Part shown: piece after piece, positions 15,945-25,150 of the stretch
Numbering within the stretch: the first letter of the stretch is position 1
Layout of the letters: every line of letters starts with the position of its first letter
Assembly (NCBI GenBank): GCA_964481075.1
Contig: CAYZSD010000030.1
Coordinates: 1 to 27,421 of the forward strand
DNA from: an uncultured Rikenellaceae bacterium
GTDB taxonomy: Bacteria > Bacteroidota > Bacteroidia > Bacteroidales > Tenuifilaceae
Length of the DNA: 27,421 nucleotides
Direction: 5' to 3'
Program-made: the position numbers and the translations under genes
Notes under the pieces: generated by a model
What the model was told of the DNA's origin: nothing
The model's input: the letters and a program-made list of their open reading frames with translations, nothing else
Databases searched by the model: none

Positions 15945-16952
15945 ATGTCATTAAGAATTGGCACAATTCTTCCTCACACCAAGCTTTACGGAGGTGTGAA
16001 ACGATTCCTAGAGTTAGGTAATATCTTTTTCGAAAAAGGACACCGCCCAATAATCTTTACACCCGATGGATTGAAACCCACCTGGTTCAACTATAAAGGT
16101 GATGTAGTTAATTTTGAGCACCTTCCTTTACAAAAACTTGATGCTATTTTCTTCACTGAACCCGAATTTCTCCCTCAGGCTTTATCTTCACCTGCATTTA
16201 GGAAAATTTTCTACTTCATCAACCCAAAAGAATCTCTGAGAAGTTTCAAAAAACATTGTGAAATTGAGATTTTTGCAAATTCATTTGGCTTGGTAAACAT
16301 TGCAAAAAAACGTTTCGGATACGATGCGTTCCCTGCATTTGGAGGAATCAATCTAAAAAATCATAATCCAAAACCGAACAATGATAGAGACACCGACTCC
16401 CCTTTTGTGGTTATGGCCTACGGCAGATTAGCTCGTGGAGTAAAAGGTACTAAGTATGTGGTTAGAGCCTGTAAAAGACTGGTTAGAAGGGGGTACAAGG
16501 TTGAACTTCTACTGTTTGACACCCCTGTTACTGAAAAAATGCTCAAAAGGAACAGCGAGTTTAAGACTAGCATTCCCTACACCTTTATCCAGAATCACCC
16601 CGTTGATAAGAATCAGGATCTTTACCATAAAGCAGATGTGTTTGTTGCTGCCGAAGGCAAAGCAGGATGGAGCAACACTGCCGCCGAAGCAATGGCTTGC
16701 GGAATTCCGGTGATAGGCACCACTGCCGGAACAGGAAACTTCCTCTTTCACAATGAAACGGGCTTAGTCGTTTCGCAGAACTCCCGACAGATTGCAAATG
16801 CCATTGAGCAACTAATTAACAACGAGTCGCTCCGTGAGCAGCTTGCTCATAATGGTCGAAAAAAGATTGAGGAGTTCGACTGGGAGATTTTAGCCGATAC
16901 TATTATACAGAATTTAAACCGAAAAAAACTAGAAACCATTCCAAACCCTTAA
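15945..16952 (+). CDS. Glycosyltransferase family 4/1 (GT-B)
   Basis: GRLARGVKGTKYVVRACKRL...VFVAAEGKAGWSNTAAEAMACGIPVIGTTAGTGNFLFHNETGLVV. Confidence 0.9.
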   Translation: MSLRIGTILPHTKLYGGVKRFLELGNIFFEKGHRPIIFTPDGLKPTWFNYKGDVVNFEHLPLQKLDAIFFTEPEFLPQALSSPAFRKIFYFINPKESLRSFKKHCEIEIFANSFGLVNIAKKRFGYDAFPAFGGINLKNHNPKPNNDRDTDSPFVVMAYGRLARGVKGTKYVVRACKRLVRRGYKVELLLFDTPVTEKMLKRNSEFKTSIPYTFIQNHPVDKNQDLYHKADVFVAAEGKAGWSNTAAEAMACGIPVIGTTAGTGNFLFHNETGLVVSQNSRQIANAIEQLINNESLREQLAHNGRKKIEEFDWEILADTIIQNLNRKKLETIPNP

Positions 16953-16956
16953 TTTA

Positions 16957-17940
16957 ATGGATTTTACTGAATTTAAATGGAAGTATTTGCTTTCAATGGT
17001 AATTTCAAAGATGCTCCCCCAAAAGCCTCCACCTAATCGGGTAATTTTTATTACAGAAGAGGGTACAAAAGGGTGGATTCTTGATGCGAAGGCAAAACGG
17101 TTGAGTGCAAATTTTCATGGAGATAGCGATGTTTTGTATTCTGAAACATTCAAGAAAATCCCAGATGCAAAGGGTTACTTCTTCCTTCATTTCAAGTATT
17201 TTCTAAAAGCAATAAGATATAATCCACGAATTCTGCACAGGAAATGTGTTGTGATGTTTACCCATCCTAACTGGAACAAACATTACACCATAAAGCATGT
17301 GATTTACATCCTGAACAAGGCTAATTTTGTTGTTTGCCTAAACTCAGCCATTAAAGATGAGCTAATCAGTTTTGGTTTAGAAAGTGATAAAATTAAGGTC
17401 TTCCACATGGCCTCAAATACACAGTTTTTCAGTCCAAAAATCCGCGATGGTAAAGGTGCTGTTGGTTTCTGTATGGCATACTACCCAAGGAAGAACCCCG
17501 ACCTCATGCTTGAAATCGTAAAGGGAATGCCCCATAGAAACTTCATCCTTGTTGGCCGTCATTGGGAACAATATCCTTCATTTCAGGAACTTATCTCTTT
17601 GCCAAATTTCACCTACTACGATAATATCCCCTACGAAGAGTACCCAGCCCTTTACCATAAAATGGATGTTTTCGTTTCCACATCCCATAACGAGGGGGGA
17701 CCGGTACCCATTCTTGAAGCAATGCTTTCAAATGTTGTACCTGTTGCCAGCAGAACAGGCTTTTGCCCCGACCTGATTGAGAATGGTGTAAACGGTTTTC
17801 TTTTCAACTCAAACACAGGCGCTTACGAAGTAATTCAGCTAATTGAAAAAGCTTTTGCACTTCAAATTAATGTTCGTGAAAAGGCTGAACCACACTCTTG
17901 GGAGAGGTACGGAAAACTTGTAAGTGAGCTTTTTATGTAG
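16957..17940 (+). CDS. Glycosyltransferase family 4/1 (GT-B)
   Basis: EGMPHRNFILVGRHW-like (KGMPHRNFILVGRHW)...YHKMDVFVSTSHNEGGPVPILEAMLSNVVPVASRTGFCPDLIENGVNGFLF. Confidence 0.9.
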   Translation: MDFTEFKWKYLLSMVISKMLPQKPPPNRVIFITEEGTKGWILDAKAKRLSANFHGDSDVLYSETFKKIPDAKGYFFLHFKYFLKAIRYNPRILHRKCVVMFTHPNWNKHYTIKHVIYILNKANFVVCLNSAIKDELISFGLESDKIKVFHMASNTQFFSPKIRDGKGAVGFCMAYYPRKNPDLMLEIVKGMPHRNFILVGRHWEQYPSFQELISLPNFTYYDNIPYEEYPALYHKMDVFVSTSHNEGGPVPILEAMLSNVVPVASRTGFCPDLIENGVNGFLFNSNTGAYEVIQLIEKAFALQINVREKAEPHSWERYGKLVSELFM

Positions 17941-17982
17941 CAATCATCGAACCAGCTAAATAGTAATTAAACGGTTAATAGA

Positions 17983-18558
17983 ATGACTCACAGCAGTTCC
18001 TATCTTGCTTCGTTTGTTGAATCGCTCAACAAAAAAAACGAAAAAGTTAAATTGCATCTTGGCTGTGGTGGAATAAGGTGGAAGGACTACATCAATATCG
18101 ACCTCTATCCACAAAGCGAATCCCCCGATTCATCGCGTTCGGGTTGCGTGGCCGATTTTTTTGCAGATATACGAAAGCTAGATCTGCCTAACGAGTCTGT
18201 GGATTATATCTTTTCAAGCCATGTGCTAGAACACTTTACCCGTTGGGAAGCCTTAGAAATGCTCCAAAACTGGTATAACCTTCTAAAAAATGGCGGTGAA
18301 CTTGTGGTTGAGATGCCCGATTTCTGGCGCTGTGTTATGTGGCTTTTTCATCCCAAGAAAAGGAAAAGAATTCTTGCTCAGAACCAATTCTACGGAAATC
18401 AATGGGATAAATTGGATTATGAAACCCATCGCTATGTATGGAAGAGCAATGAATTTAAAAATGAACTACTTAGCATAGGTTTTCGTAAGGTGATGATTTC
18501 TCACAAAACTGAAACCCATCGCCCAGGGCGAGATATGCGTGTGGTGGCAAAAAAGTAA
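17983..18558 (+). CDS. Class I SAM-dependent methyltransferase
   Basis: KLHLGCGGIRWKDYINIDLYP...VDYIFSSHVLEHFTRWEALEMLQNWYNLLKNGGELVVEMPD. Confidence 0.88.
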   Translation: MTHSSSYLASFVESLNKKNEKVKLHLGCGGIRWKDYINIDLYPQSESPDSSRSGCVADFFADIRKLDLPNESVDYIFSSHVLEHFTRWEALEMLQNWYNLLKNGGELVVEMPDFWRCVMWLFHPKKRKRILAQNQFYGNQWDKLDYETHRYVWKSNEFKNELLSIGFRKVMISHKTETHRPGRDMRVVAKK

Positions 18559-18653
18559 GCATTTTACTGGATCTTTTCAAACCCTGTTACATAACTCATG
18601 CGAAAACCCTCCCTAAACAACTTTAAATAAGAGTAATGCAGCATGAAAAATGT

Positions 18654-19286
18654 TTATGCATTATCTTCCAGCGTTCCACATATTGTCCCCTCATCGGTGC
18701 TGCATCTCCATTGCCTAACAGGAACGCTCCAATCGCCATACTTGGCAGTAAGGTACTCCTTGTAGCTGTTGGGAGCAGCAAAGTCTTTGCCCAAAAAACT
18801 GACTGGGTCGTACGACTGGTAATGTATATTGCTCACTTTCATCACCTTGCCATTTGCTTGCCAGTATGTAAAATCACTATCCTTCGATTTTACAAAAACA
18901 TCGAGTGTGATGAAGTACCTTTCAACAAAAGGGAACAATAACCTTAGCAAGTAAAAAAGCAAGGGTTTTACTTTTATCAAAGAGAAATCGCCTTTGTTGA
19001 TTGGCCCGAAACTCTTAGCACTATACCTTGCCGATAGCTTCAACCCCTTAAATGCAAACTTATACTTTAAATCGTATAACTGCTTTGCATGCTCAATCGG
19101 AATTGAAATATCCAAATCATTGTCCCAGGGTAGAAAAGCGTTATCCCTCACGATGCCAAGAAGAGTCCCACCTTCCAGATGGTAAGGTATTGAATTTTTC
19201 TCCAAAGTATCTACTACAGTGAAAAGCAATTTTCTTGCCCTTTTTACATTTCTGTGAGTTAATTGTGGCTTCATGGGTAAGTGCAT
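18654..19286 (-). CDS. LicD-family phosphotransferase
   Basis: YHLEGGTLLGIVRDNAFLPWDNDLDISI signature and C-terminal YLTAKYGDWSVP. Confidence 0.88.
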   Translation of the reverse strand: MHLPMKPQLTHRNVKRARKLLFTVVDTLEKNSIPYHLEGGTLLGIVRDNAFLPWDNDLDISIPIEHAKQLYDLKYKFAFKGLKLSARYSAKSFGPINKGDFSLIKVKPLLFYLLRLLFPFVERYFITLDVFVKSKDSDFTYWQANGKVMKVSNIHYQSYDPVSFLGKDFAAPNSYKEYLTAKYGDWSVPVRQWRCSTDEGTICGTLEDNA

Positions 19287-19421
19287 TAGAATGAGTTATC
19301 AAAATTAACAGGTTGAATTGTTTTAACAAAATCCAATAACTTGTATTTCTAACATAATATTATGCACATTTTTTTGTTATTAGTTTTTAATTTTGGCCTT
19401 TTATTTTTTTAACCTTTTTCT

Positions 19422-20228
19422 ATGCCAAAAATATCAGGTGTTATCATCGCTTTTAATGAAGAGAAGAACATCGAACGATGCATCAATTCTCTCAGGAAGG
19501 TATGCGATGAGATTATTGTTGTCGATTCCTATTCCACCGATCGAACAGAGGAAATATGTAGAAGCTTAAACGTTCGGTTCTTCCAAAATCCTTTCGGAGG
19601 ATACCGAGAGCAGAAGAACTACGCACTGCAATTTGCATCGTTCGACTATGTCCTTTCTTTAGATGCCGACGAAGCACTTTCTGTTGAACTAGAAGAGTCG
19701 ATACTCAAAGTTAAGGATAATCTTAAGTTTGATGGATACTACGTGAAGCGACTTAACAATTACTGTGGGCAATGGATTTACCATTCAAACTGGTATCCCG
19801 ACTGGAAACTTAGGCTATTTAAAAAGGACAAGGGTCATTGGGGAGGAATAAACCCGCACGATAGGTTTGAACTCACAAAGAAATCGACATCAAGCCACCT
19901 CCAAGGTGATCTTTTGCACTGGGTATTAAGCACGTATGAAGAACATATTGCCAAAACAAACAACTTTAGTACTATTGCAGCAAGGGAATATTATAAGCTT
20001 GGGAAAAAAAGCAGCTACCTAAAGATAATATTGAACCCTTCTTGGCGTTTTGTTAAGGCTTACTTCCTCAAACTAGGTTTCCTAGACGGTTTTAACGGCT
20101 TTGTAATATGCTCATTATCAGCGCACACTAGTTTCTTGAAGTATATGAAACTAAAGCGACTAATTATTGAAAGCAAAAAAAAGATAGACAAAACAAGTAA
20201 CCAAAATAATATTCGTATTGCATCATAA
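19422..20228 (+). CDS. Glycosyltransferase family 2 (LPS-core WaaE/KdtX-like)
   Basis: SGVIIAFNEEKNIERCINSLRKVCDEIIVVDSYSTDRTEEICRS...YVLSLDADEALS...NWYPDWKLRLFKKDKGHWGG. Confidence 0.9.
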   Translation: MPKISGVIIAFNEEKNIERCINSLRKVCDEIIVVDSYSTDRTEEICRSLNVRFFQNPFGGYREQKNYALQFASFDYVLSLDADEALSVELEESILKVKDNLKFDGYYVKRLNNYCGQWIYHSNWYPDWKLRLFKKDKGHWGGINPHDRFELTKKSTSSHLQGDLLHWVLSTYEEHIAKTNNFSTIAAREYYKLGKKSSYLKIILNPSWRFVKAYFLKLGFLDGFNGFVICSLSAHTSFLKYMKLKRLIIESKKKIDKTSNQNNIRIAS

Positions 20229-20240
20229 TTTAACCCAAAC

Positions 20241-20924
20241 ATGAGAATAGTTATACTTGCCGCAGGCATTGGCTCTCGCCTTGGTAACCCTCTTCCAAAA
20301 CCCCTCACTCCACTAAAAAGTGGAAAGACAATTTTAGAACAGCAGATTGAAAACCTCAGTCAATTTTTTAATCCAGATATCATAAACATTGTTGTGGGAT
20401 TCAAGAAAGACCTCGTAATGGAGGCCTTTCCCGACATGAATTTCATATACAACCAGCACTTCGATAATACCAACACCTCTAAAAGCCTTCTGAAAGCTAT
20501 TAAAAAATGCAACAATGAATCGGTGTTGTGGCTCAATGGTGACGTTGTTTTCGATCCAGGAATTCTGAAGATAATTCTCCCTTTCATCGAAAGCGACCAA
20601 TCATTTGTTTGCGTTAATAAATCGGATGTTGGGGAGGAAGAAGTAAAATACAACCTCGATGAACAAGGCTACATCGGCCAACTTTCCAAATCTGTGCCTA
20701 ATGCAATTGGGGAAGCTCTTGGTATCAACTTTATTTCTAGCAAAGATATTGAGCCTTTCATTCAAAGGCTTATAGAATGCGATGAAAACGACTATTTTGA
20801 AAAAGGGATTGAGTTTGCCATACAGAAGGATTCAATTAAAGTTCTACCTATTGATATTTCCGATTACCGATGCATAGAAATTGATTTTATTGAAGATCTT
20901 GATAAAGCGAACATAATCTTCTAA
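20241..20924 (+). CDS. Nucleotidyltransferase (LicC/sugar-phosphate nucleotidyltransferase-like)
   Basis: MRIVILAAGIGSRLGNPLPKPLTPLKSGKTILEQQIENL...VLWLNGDVVFDPGI. Confidence 0.83.
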   Translation: MRIVILAAGIGSRLGNPLPKPLTPLKSGKTILEQQIENLSQFFNPDIINIVVGFKKDLVMEAFPDMNFIYNQHFDNTNTSKSLLKAIKKCNNESVLWLNGDVVFDPGILKIILPFIESDQSFVCVNKSDVGEEEVKYNLDEQGYIGQLSKSVPNAIGEALGINFISSKDIEPFIQRLIECDENDYFEKGIEFAIQKDSIKVLPIDISDYRCIEIDFIEDLDKANIIF

Positions 20925-20933
20925 ATCCATACC

Positions 20934-21983
20934 ATGAGGGCAACCCTTTTTTGCGCTCAGCCATACGCTTTCGGCATTTTAAAACCTTTACACGATGAAC
21001 TTCAAAGTAAAGGTCATGATGTGGTTTGGTATCTACCCAACAAACACCTCAATGTTTTCCCCTATACCAATGAAGTTGCCCATTATACTACTATTGAAGA
21101 GATTCATTCCTTTAACAGCGATGCCATTTTTGTGCCAGGCAACGAGGTCCCTCACTACCTAAGAGGTGTTAAGGTTCAAATTTTTCATGGTTTGGCTGGC
21201 GAGAAAAAGGGGCATTTCAGAATTAGAAACTATTTCGACCTATACCTAACCCAAGGACCATACTTCACTCGGCGATTCAATGAACTTGCAAAAAAATACA
21301 AGGACTTTGAGGTTGCCGAAACCGGTTGGTGTAAACTCGACACATTATTTTTGACAAAAGAATTATTCCTGAACGAAAAAAATCAATTTCTTGAAGATTG
21401 CGATAAGCAAAAAATTGTTCTTTATGCTCCTACGTTCTCTCCCTCCTTAACATCAGCAAAAGCATTGTCGCGAAGCATTAGCAATCTTGCTAAGAAACAC
21501 AGCATTCACCTTATGGTAAAGTTTCACGACCTGATGGACAAGGGCATTGTTTCTGAATATGAGAGCATTGCCAACAATATCGACAATATCGAGGTGGTAA
21601 GTAATCCTAACATACTCAAGTACCTTGTCATGGCCGATGTTATGATAAGCGACACCTCATCAGCCGTTTACGAATTTTCGTTTCTAAATAAACCTGTTAT
21701 AACCCTTAACTCTAGCTCACCAAATATTGCCTGGCTGAACATTAACAATCCAAATCAACTTGATGATGCTTTCATCGATGCAATAAGCCACGACTCAATG
21801 GCTACAAAGCGACAAAATCTTATTTCTCAGTACCACCCATACAACGATGGAAAATCTTCTTCAAGAATGATACAATCCGTTGAGGATTACATAAGTAGAA
21901 ACGGTGTTCCCGAAAAACGAAGATTGAACCTATACCGTCGCTATAAAATTCGAAAATTTTTTGGACCAAAACCAGGAGTTTGA
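20934..21983 (+). CDS. CDP-glycerol glycerophosphotransferase (TagB/TagF)-like protein
   Basis: VQIFHGLAGEKKGHFRIRNYFDLYLTQGPYFTRRF...KIVLYAPTFSPSL...MADVMISDTSSAVYEFSFLNKPVITLN. Confidence 0.8.
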   Translation: MRATLFCAQPYAFGILKPLHDELQSKGHDVVWYLPNKHLNVFPYTNEVAHYTTIEEIHSFNSDAIFVPGNEVPHYLRGVKVQIFHGLAGEKKGHFRIRNYFDLYLTQGPYFTRRFNELAKKYKDFEVAETGWCKLDTLFLTKELFLNEKNQFLEDCDKQKIVLYAPTFSPSLTSAKALSRSISNLAKKHSIHLMVKFHDLMDKGIVSEYESIANNIDNIEVVSNPNILKYLVMADVMISDTSSAVYEFSFLNKPVITLNSSSPNIAWLNINNPNQLDDAFIDAISHDSMATKRQNLISQYHPYNDGKSSSRMIQSVEDYISRNGVPEKRRLNLYRRYKIRKFFGPKPGV

Positions 21984-21996
21984 TTCTGCTTGACAA

Positions 21997-23511
21997 TTAA
22001 TCCCATACAACCAGCCTTTCTCGAGCCTTCATTACCCCCTCTTCAAAAAGGGTAACAATGTAAACCCCTTTTGTTAAGCCATTTATCTCTAATTCGTTTG
22101 TTTTTGTAATCACCCTTTTGATATAGATTCCTTGAATAGAGAAAATCCTTAGCTCATAATTCCTCCTTTGAGGTAAAATAACTCTGATTAAAGAATTAGC
22201 CCTAGCAGGGTTAGGAATGATTGATAAAGGAATTTGGAAAAAGGGTTTACATTGGGTAGGATTTATTTGGAAAAGTTCAATTGTGCTAAAAACGAAAGGA
22301 GTATTCTGGCATGCCTGGGTTCCATCGTTGAGGTGAACAGCAAGTTTAAGTGTATGATTATCGGGAATGTACTGCATGAACTGAATATTACCAGGTCCAC
22401 CGAATGCACAAGTGCTCGAATGGTTTAGCATTAAATTCCAGCTGTCTAGTGAACCAATACGTTCGCCGTCATCAATGTTTGCTCTGATAGAGTCGTACCT
22501 CATGCAAAAATGCATAGCGTTATTCCTTGATATTGAAAAGTTTGCCGCATAAAGGTTATCTCCTGGAATGCTATCGGGGTATGTGTTGTACCTTATGCTT
22601 GAGTAGGGAACTGATGGCGCAACCTCGGCAACCATTGCAATCAGCGAGTCGCTCCCTGCTGCCGAAGAGGCCAAACTAGCAACAATGTAGCTATCGGCAT
22701 AACCATTTGTATTTCCCTGAACTACACTAACTGCATCGGCAACATCATTCTTCCCATCGCCATTTACATCCCTCTTCTCAATGCTCCTTCGGAGCGAGAA
22801 CCAGATTGGCTCATAGGCTTTATATAGGCTGCCATTCGAATAATCGTCGGCAAGCATGTGCTGCATAACCGATAGACCGCTTTCATTAACACCTGACAGC
22901 ACGGACATCTGCCCAGCAAAACCAACCAACAACCACGGCTGCTCATCCTCCTCTTGGGGAACATGCACAACCATTACCTGGTTACGAATAATTGCAGGAT
23001 AAACATTCCAATCCATGTGCCTTGATATTACCGATTTACCAGTTATATCGGTTCCCTCGGTTGCTCTACCCCAACTCATTAGGCTGGAGCATCCGTTTGC
23101 AAGGTTCAGGTTAACTGAACTGAGGTTCGCGATATCGAGAAACGAGTTTGAAACAAGAATATCGCTGTAGTCGATGTTGAGCGAAAACCCTGCATCAACA
23201 ATTCCATTCACCATAGCTGTCGCTTCAACAACGTATTCGTTTTGGATAGTATAATGTGCCGGATCCTTAATAAGGGTTCGGGCAAAAGGGAGAAGGGAGC
23301 CAAAGGATGGTACAATAAAATTTTGATACATATCAACAATTTGCTCAGCAAGTAGATATCCAACCGCATAGCCTCTTTCCTCATGCGTTCCCCATACTTT
23401 AACAACAGTTAGATTGTTTTCGTTTAAAAAGATTTCTCCATTAACAACCTGTGCTTCAATTAGGTTAGTTAAAGAAATCGTAAACAACAGTATTAGGATA
23501 ACCTTTCTCAT
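21997..23511 (-). CDS. Secreted C45-type autoproteolytic acyltransferase/hydrolase with T9SS C-terminal sorting domain
   Basis: Signal peptide; WGTHEERGYAVGYLLAEQI...NGCSSLMSWG...SRHMDWNV; C-terminal IPNPARANSLIRVILPQRRNYELRIFSIQGIYIKR...LTKGVYIVTL. Confidence 0.8.
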   Translation of the reverse strand: MRKVILILLFTISLTNLIEAQVVNGEIFLNENNLTVVKVWGTHEERGYAVGYLLAEQIVDMYQNFIVPSFGSLLPFARTLIKDPAHYTIQNEYVVEATAMVNGIVDAGFSLNIDYSDILVSNSFLDIANLSSVNLNLANGCSSLMSWGRATEGTDITGKSVISRHMDWNVYPAIIRNQVMVVHVPQEEDEQPWLLVGFAGQMSVLSGVNESGLSVMQHMLADDYSNGSLYKAYEPIWFSLRRSIEKRDVNGDGKNDVADAVSVVQGNTNGYADSYIVASLASSAAGSDSLIAMVAEVAPSVPYSSIRYNTYPDSIPGDNLYAANFSISRNNAMHFCMRYDSIRANIDDGERIGSLDSWNLMLNHSSTCAFGGPGNIQFMQYIPDNHTLKLAVHLNDGTQACQNTPFVFSTIELFQINPTQCKPFFQIPLSIIPNPARANSLIRVILPQRRNYELRIFSIQGIYIKRVITKTNELEINGLTKGVYIVTLFEEGVMKARERLVVWD

Positions 23512-23697
23512 TTCAATATTTATTTAGCTATAAAAATAAACTATTTCTTTCTTGCACAAATCAATACAAATAGAAAATTGTGTTCAATATTCCTTTCTCT
23601 TCAATATCTATGAAGTCAAAGTAACTTTTTGCTTTTTTCGATTACATTTTCAATTGTTACTACTAACTTTGCAACCCACCTCAAAAATGGAAGAACA

Positions 23698-24792
23698 ATG
23701 AGTTTACAATGCGGAATAATTGGAGTAGCTAACGTTGGTAAGTCAACCATTTTCAACTGTATGTCGTCAACCAAAGCCGAGGCAAGCGGCTTTTCCTTTG
23801 GTAACAAGACAAACCTAAGTATAATCAATGTGCCCGATCAACGGTTGAAAGAACTAAACCGTTTCCAGGTAACCGAGCGAATTGTAAATGCAACTGTTGA
23901 AATAGTTGATATTCCTGGGTTGACAAAGAGCACAGGCCGCACCGACAAGGGTGCGAATCAGTTTCTTTCCGATATTCGCAATTGCGATGCTCTTATCCAC
24001 GTGCTTCGTTGCTTCGATGACCCAAATCTTCCACACATTGAGGGATCGGTGAACCCCATTAGGGATATCGAAACAGTGAACCTTGAACTTCAAATTAAGG
24101 ATTTAGAGTCTATTGAGAAAAAAATTGTCCGCCTCGAAAAACTTGTAAAAGTGGGCGACAAGGATGCAAAACATGGTTTGGAAGTTCTCAACATCTATAA
24201 AGAACACCTTGAGTCGTTCAAGAATGCTTCTACAGCTCCTGTAAACCCAGAGGACACAAAGTATATCGCCGATTTATTTCTACTTTCCACAAAACCAATT
24301 ATTTACGTATGCAACGTCGATGAGCCATCGGCAGTAAATGGTAATGCATACGTGGAAAGGGTTAATGAGTTTTTAAAGGGCGAAGAAACAGAAATACTTA
24401 TTATTGCTGGAAAATTAGAGGCCGAAATCGCTGAGTTAGAAGATGAAACCGATCGTTTAGAGTTCCTCAAAGAAGTAGGGCTTCAGGAACCCGGTGTAAA
24501 TAAACTTATTCGTGCTGCCTATTCACTGCTAAATCTGGAAACCTTCTTCACCGTTGGGCCCAAAGAAATCAGGGCGTGGACCATAAAGAAAGGGATGACA
24601 GCTCCACAAGCCGCAGGTGTAATACATAGTGATCTTGAAAGAGGGTTTATAAGAGCCGAGGTTATGAAATACAATGATTTTACTTCACTTGGTTCGGAGC
24701 ATGCTTGCAAGGAAAAAGGGAAGCTTTTTGTTGAAGGGAAGAACTATATTGTGTGCGATGGAGATATACTTCACATTCGATTCAACGTTTAA
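23698..24792 (+). CDS. ychF: Redox-regulated ATPase/GTP-binding protein YchF (ORF track start 23629; ATG 23698 preferred)
   Basis: MSLQCGIIGVANVGKSTIFNCMSSTKAEASGFSFGNKTNLSIINVPDQRLKEL...VDIPGL...YIVCDGDILHIRFNV. Confidence 0.96.
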   Translation: MSLQCGIIGVANVGKSTIFNCMSSTKAEASGFSFGNKTNLSIINVPDQRLKELNRFQVTERIVNATVEIVDIPGLTKSTGRTDKGANQFLSDIRNCDALIHVLRCFDDPNLPHIEGSVNPIRDIETVNLELQIKDLESIEKKIVRLEKLVKVGDKDAKHGLEVLNIYKEHLESFKNASTAPVNPEDTKYIADLFLLSTKPIIYVCNVDEPSAVNGNAYVERVNEFLKGEETEILIIAGKLEAEIAELEDETDRLEFLKEVGLQEPGVNKLIRAAYSLLNLETFFTVGPKEIRAWTIKKGMTAPQAAGVIHSDLERGFIRAEVMKYNDFTSLGSEHACKEKGKLFVEGKNYIVCDGDILHIRFNV

Positions 24793-25027
24793 CTTCCAAT
24801 TTTTTAAATCGTTTGTGATTCTTTTGGCTTAATTTTTGCTTGCTTCTATTCGGAAAGCTATCATTTTGTGCTTGCTTTAAACACTTTCTTCTTATGAAGC
24901 CTATTATTACTTTCATTAAGCTATTTACTCTTCGAGTGTCGGTATTTGCCTTTTAGGCATTCTGCAACAAGGCTTCAATCAACCAAACCATCTTATTATT
25001 AACAACTTAAATTACGGAGGATTTGCT

Positions 25028-25150
25028 ATGAAATCAATTAGCGTATTTGCAACTGTGGAAATTTTTCACAACCTATTAAATCTTGTTGTCCCAATTTATC
25101 TAAATCACCATTACAAACATCGAAAACGAAAACGACATGAATTACTATAA
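25028..25150 (+). CDS. Small ORF (40 aa) overlapping the MATE gene start
   Basis: ATG preceded by acggagg SD-like sequence; MKSISVFATVEIFHNLLNLVVPIYLNHHYKHRKRKRHELL*; overlaps the next CDS start by 14 nt. Confidence 0.4.
   Translation: MKSISVFATVEIFHNLLNLVVPIYLNHHYKHRKRKRHELL

Noticed and set aside
16509-16797. Overlapping minus-strand ORFs
   Set aside because: Antisense to a clear GT-B glycosyltransferase C-terminal domain; no support.
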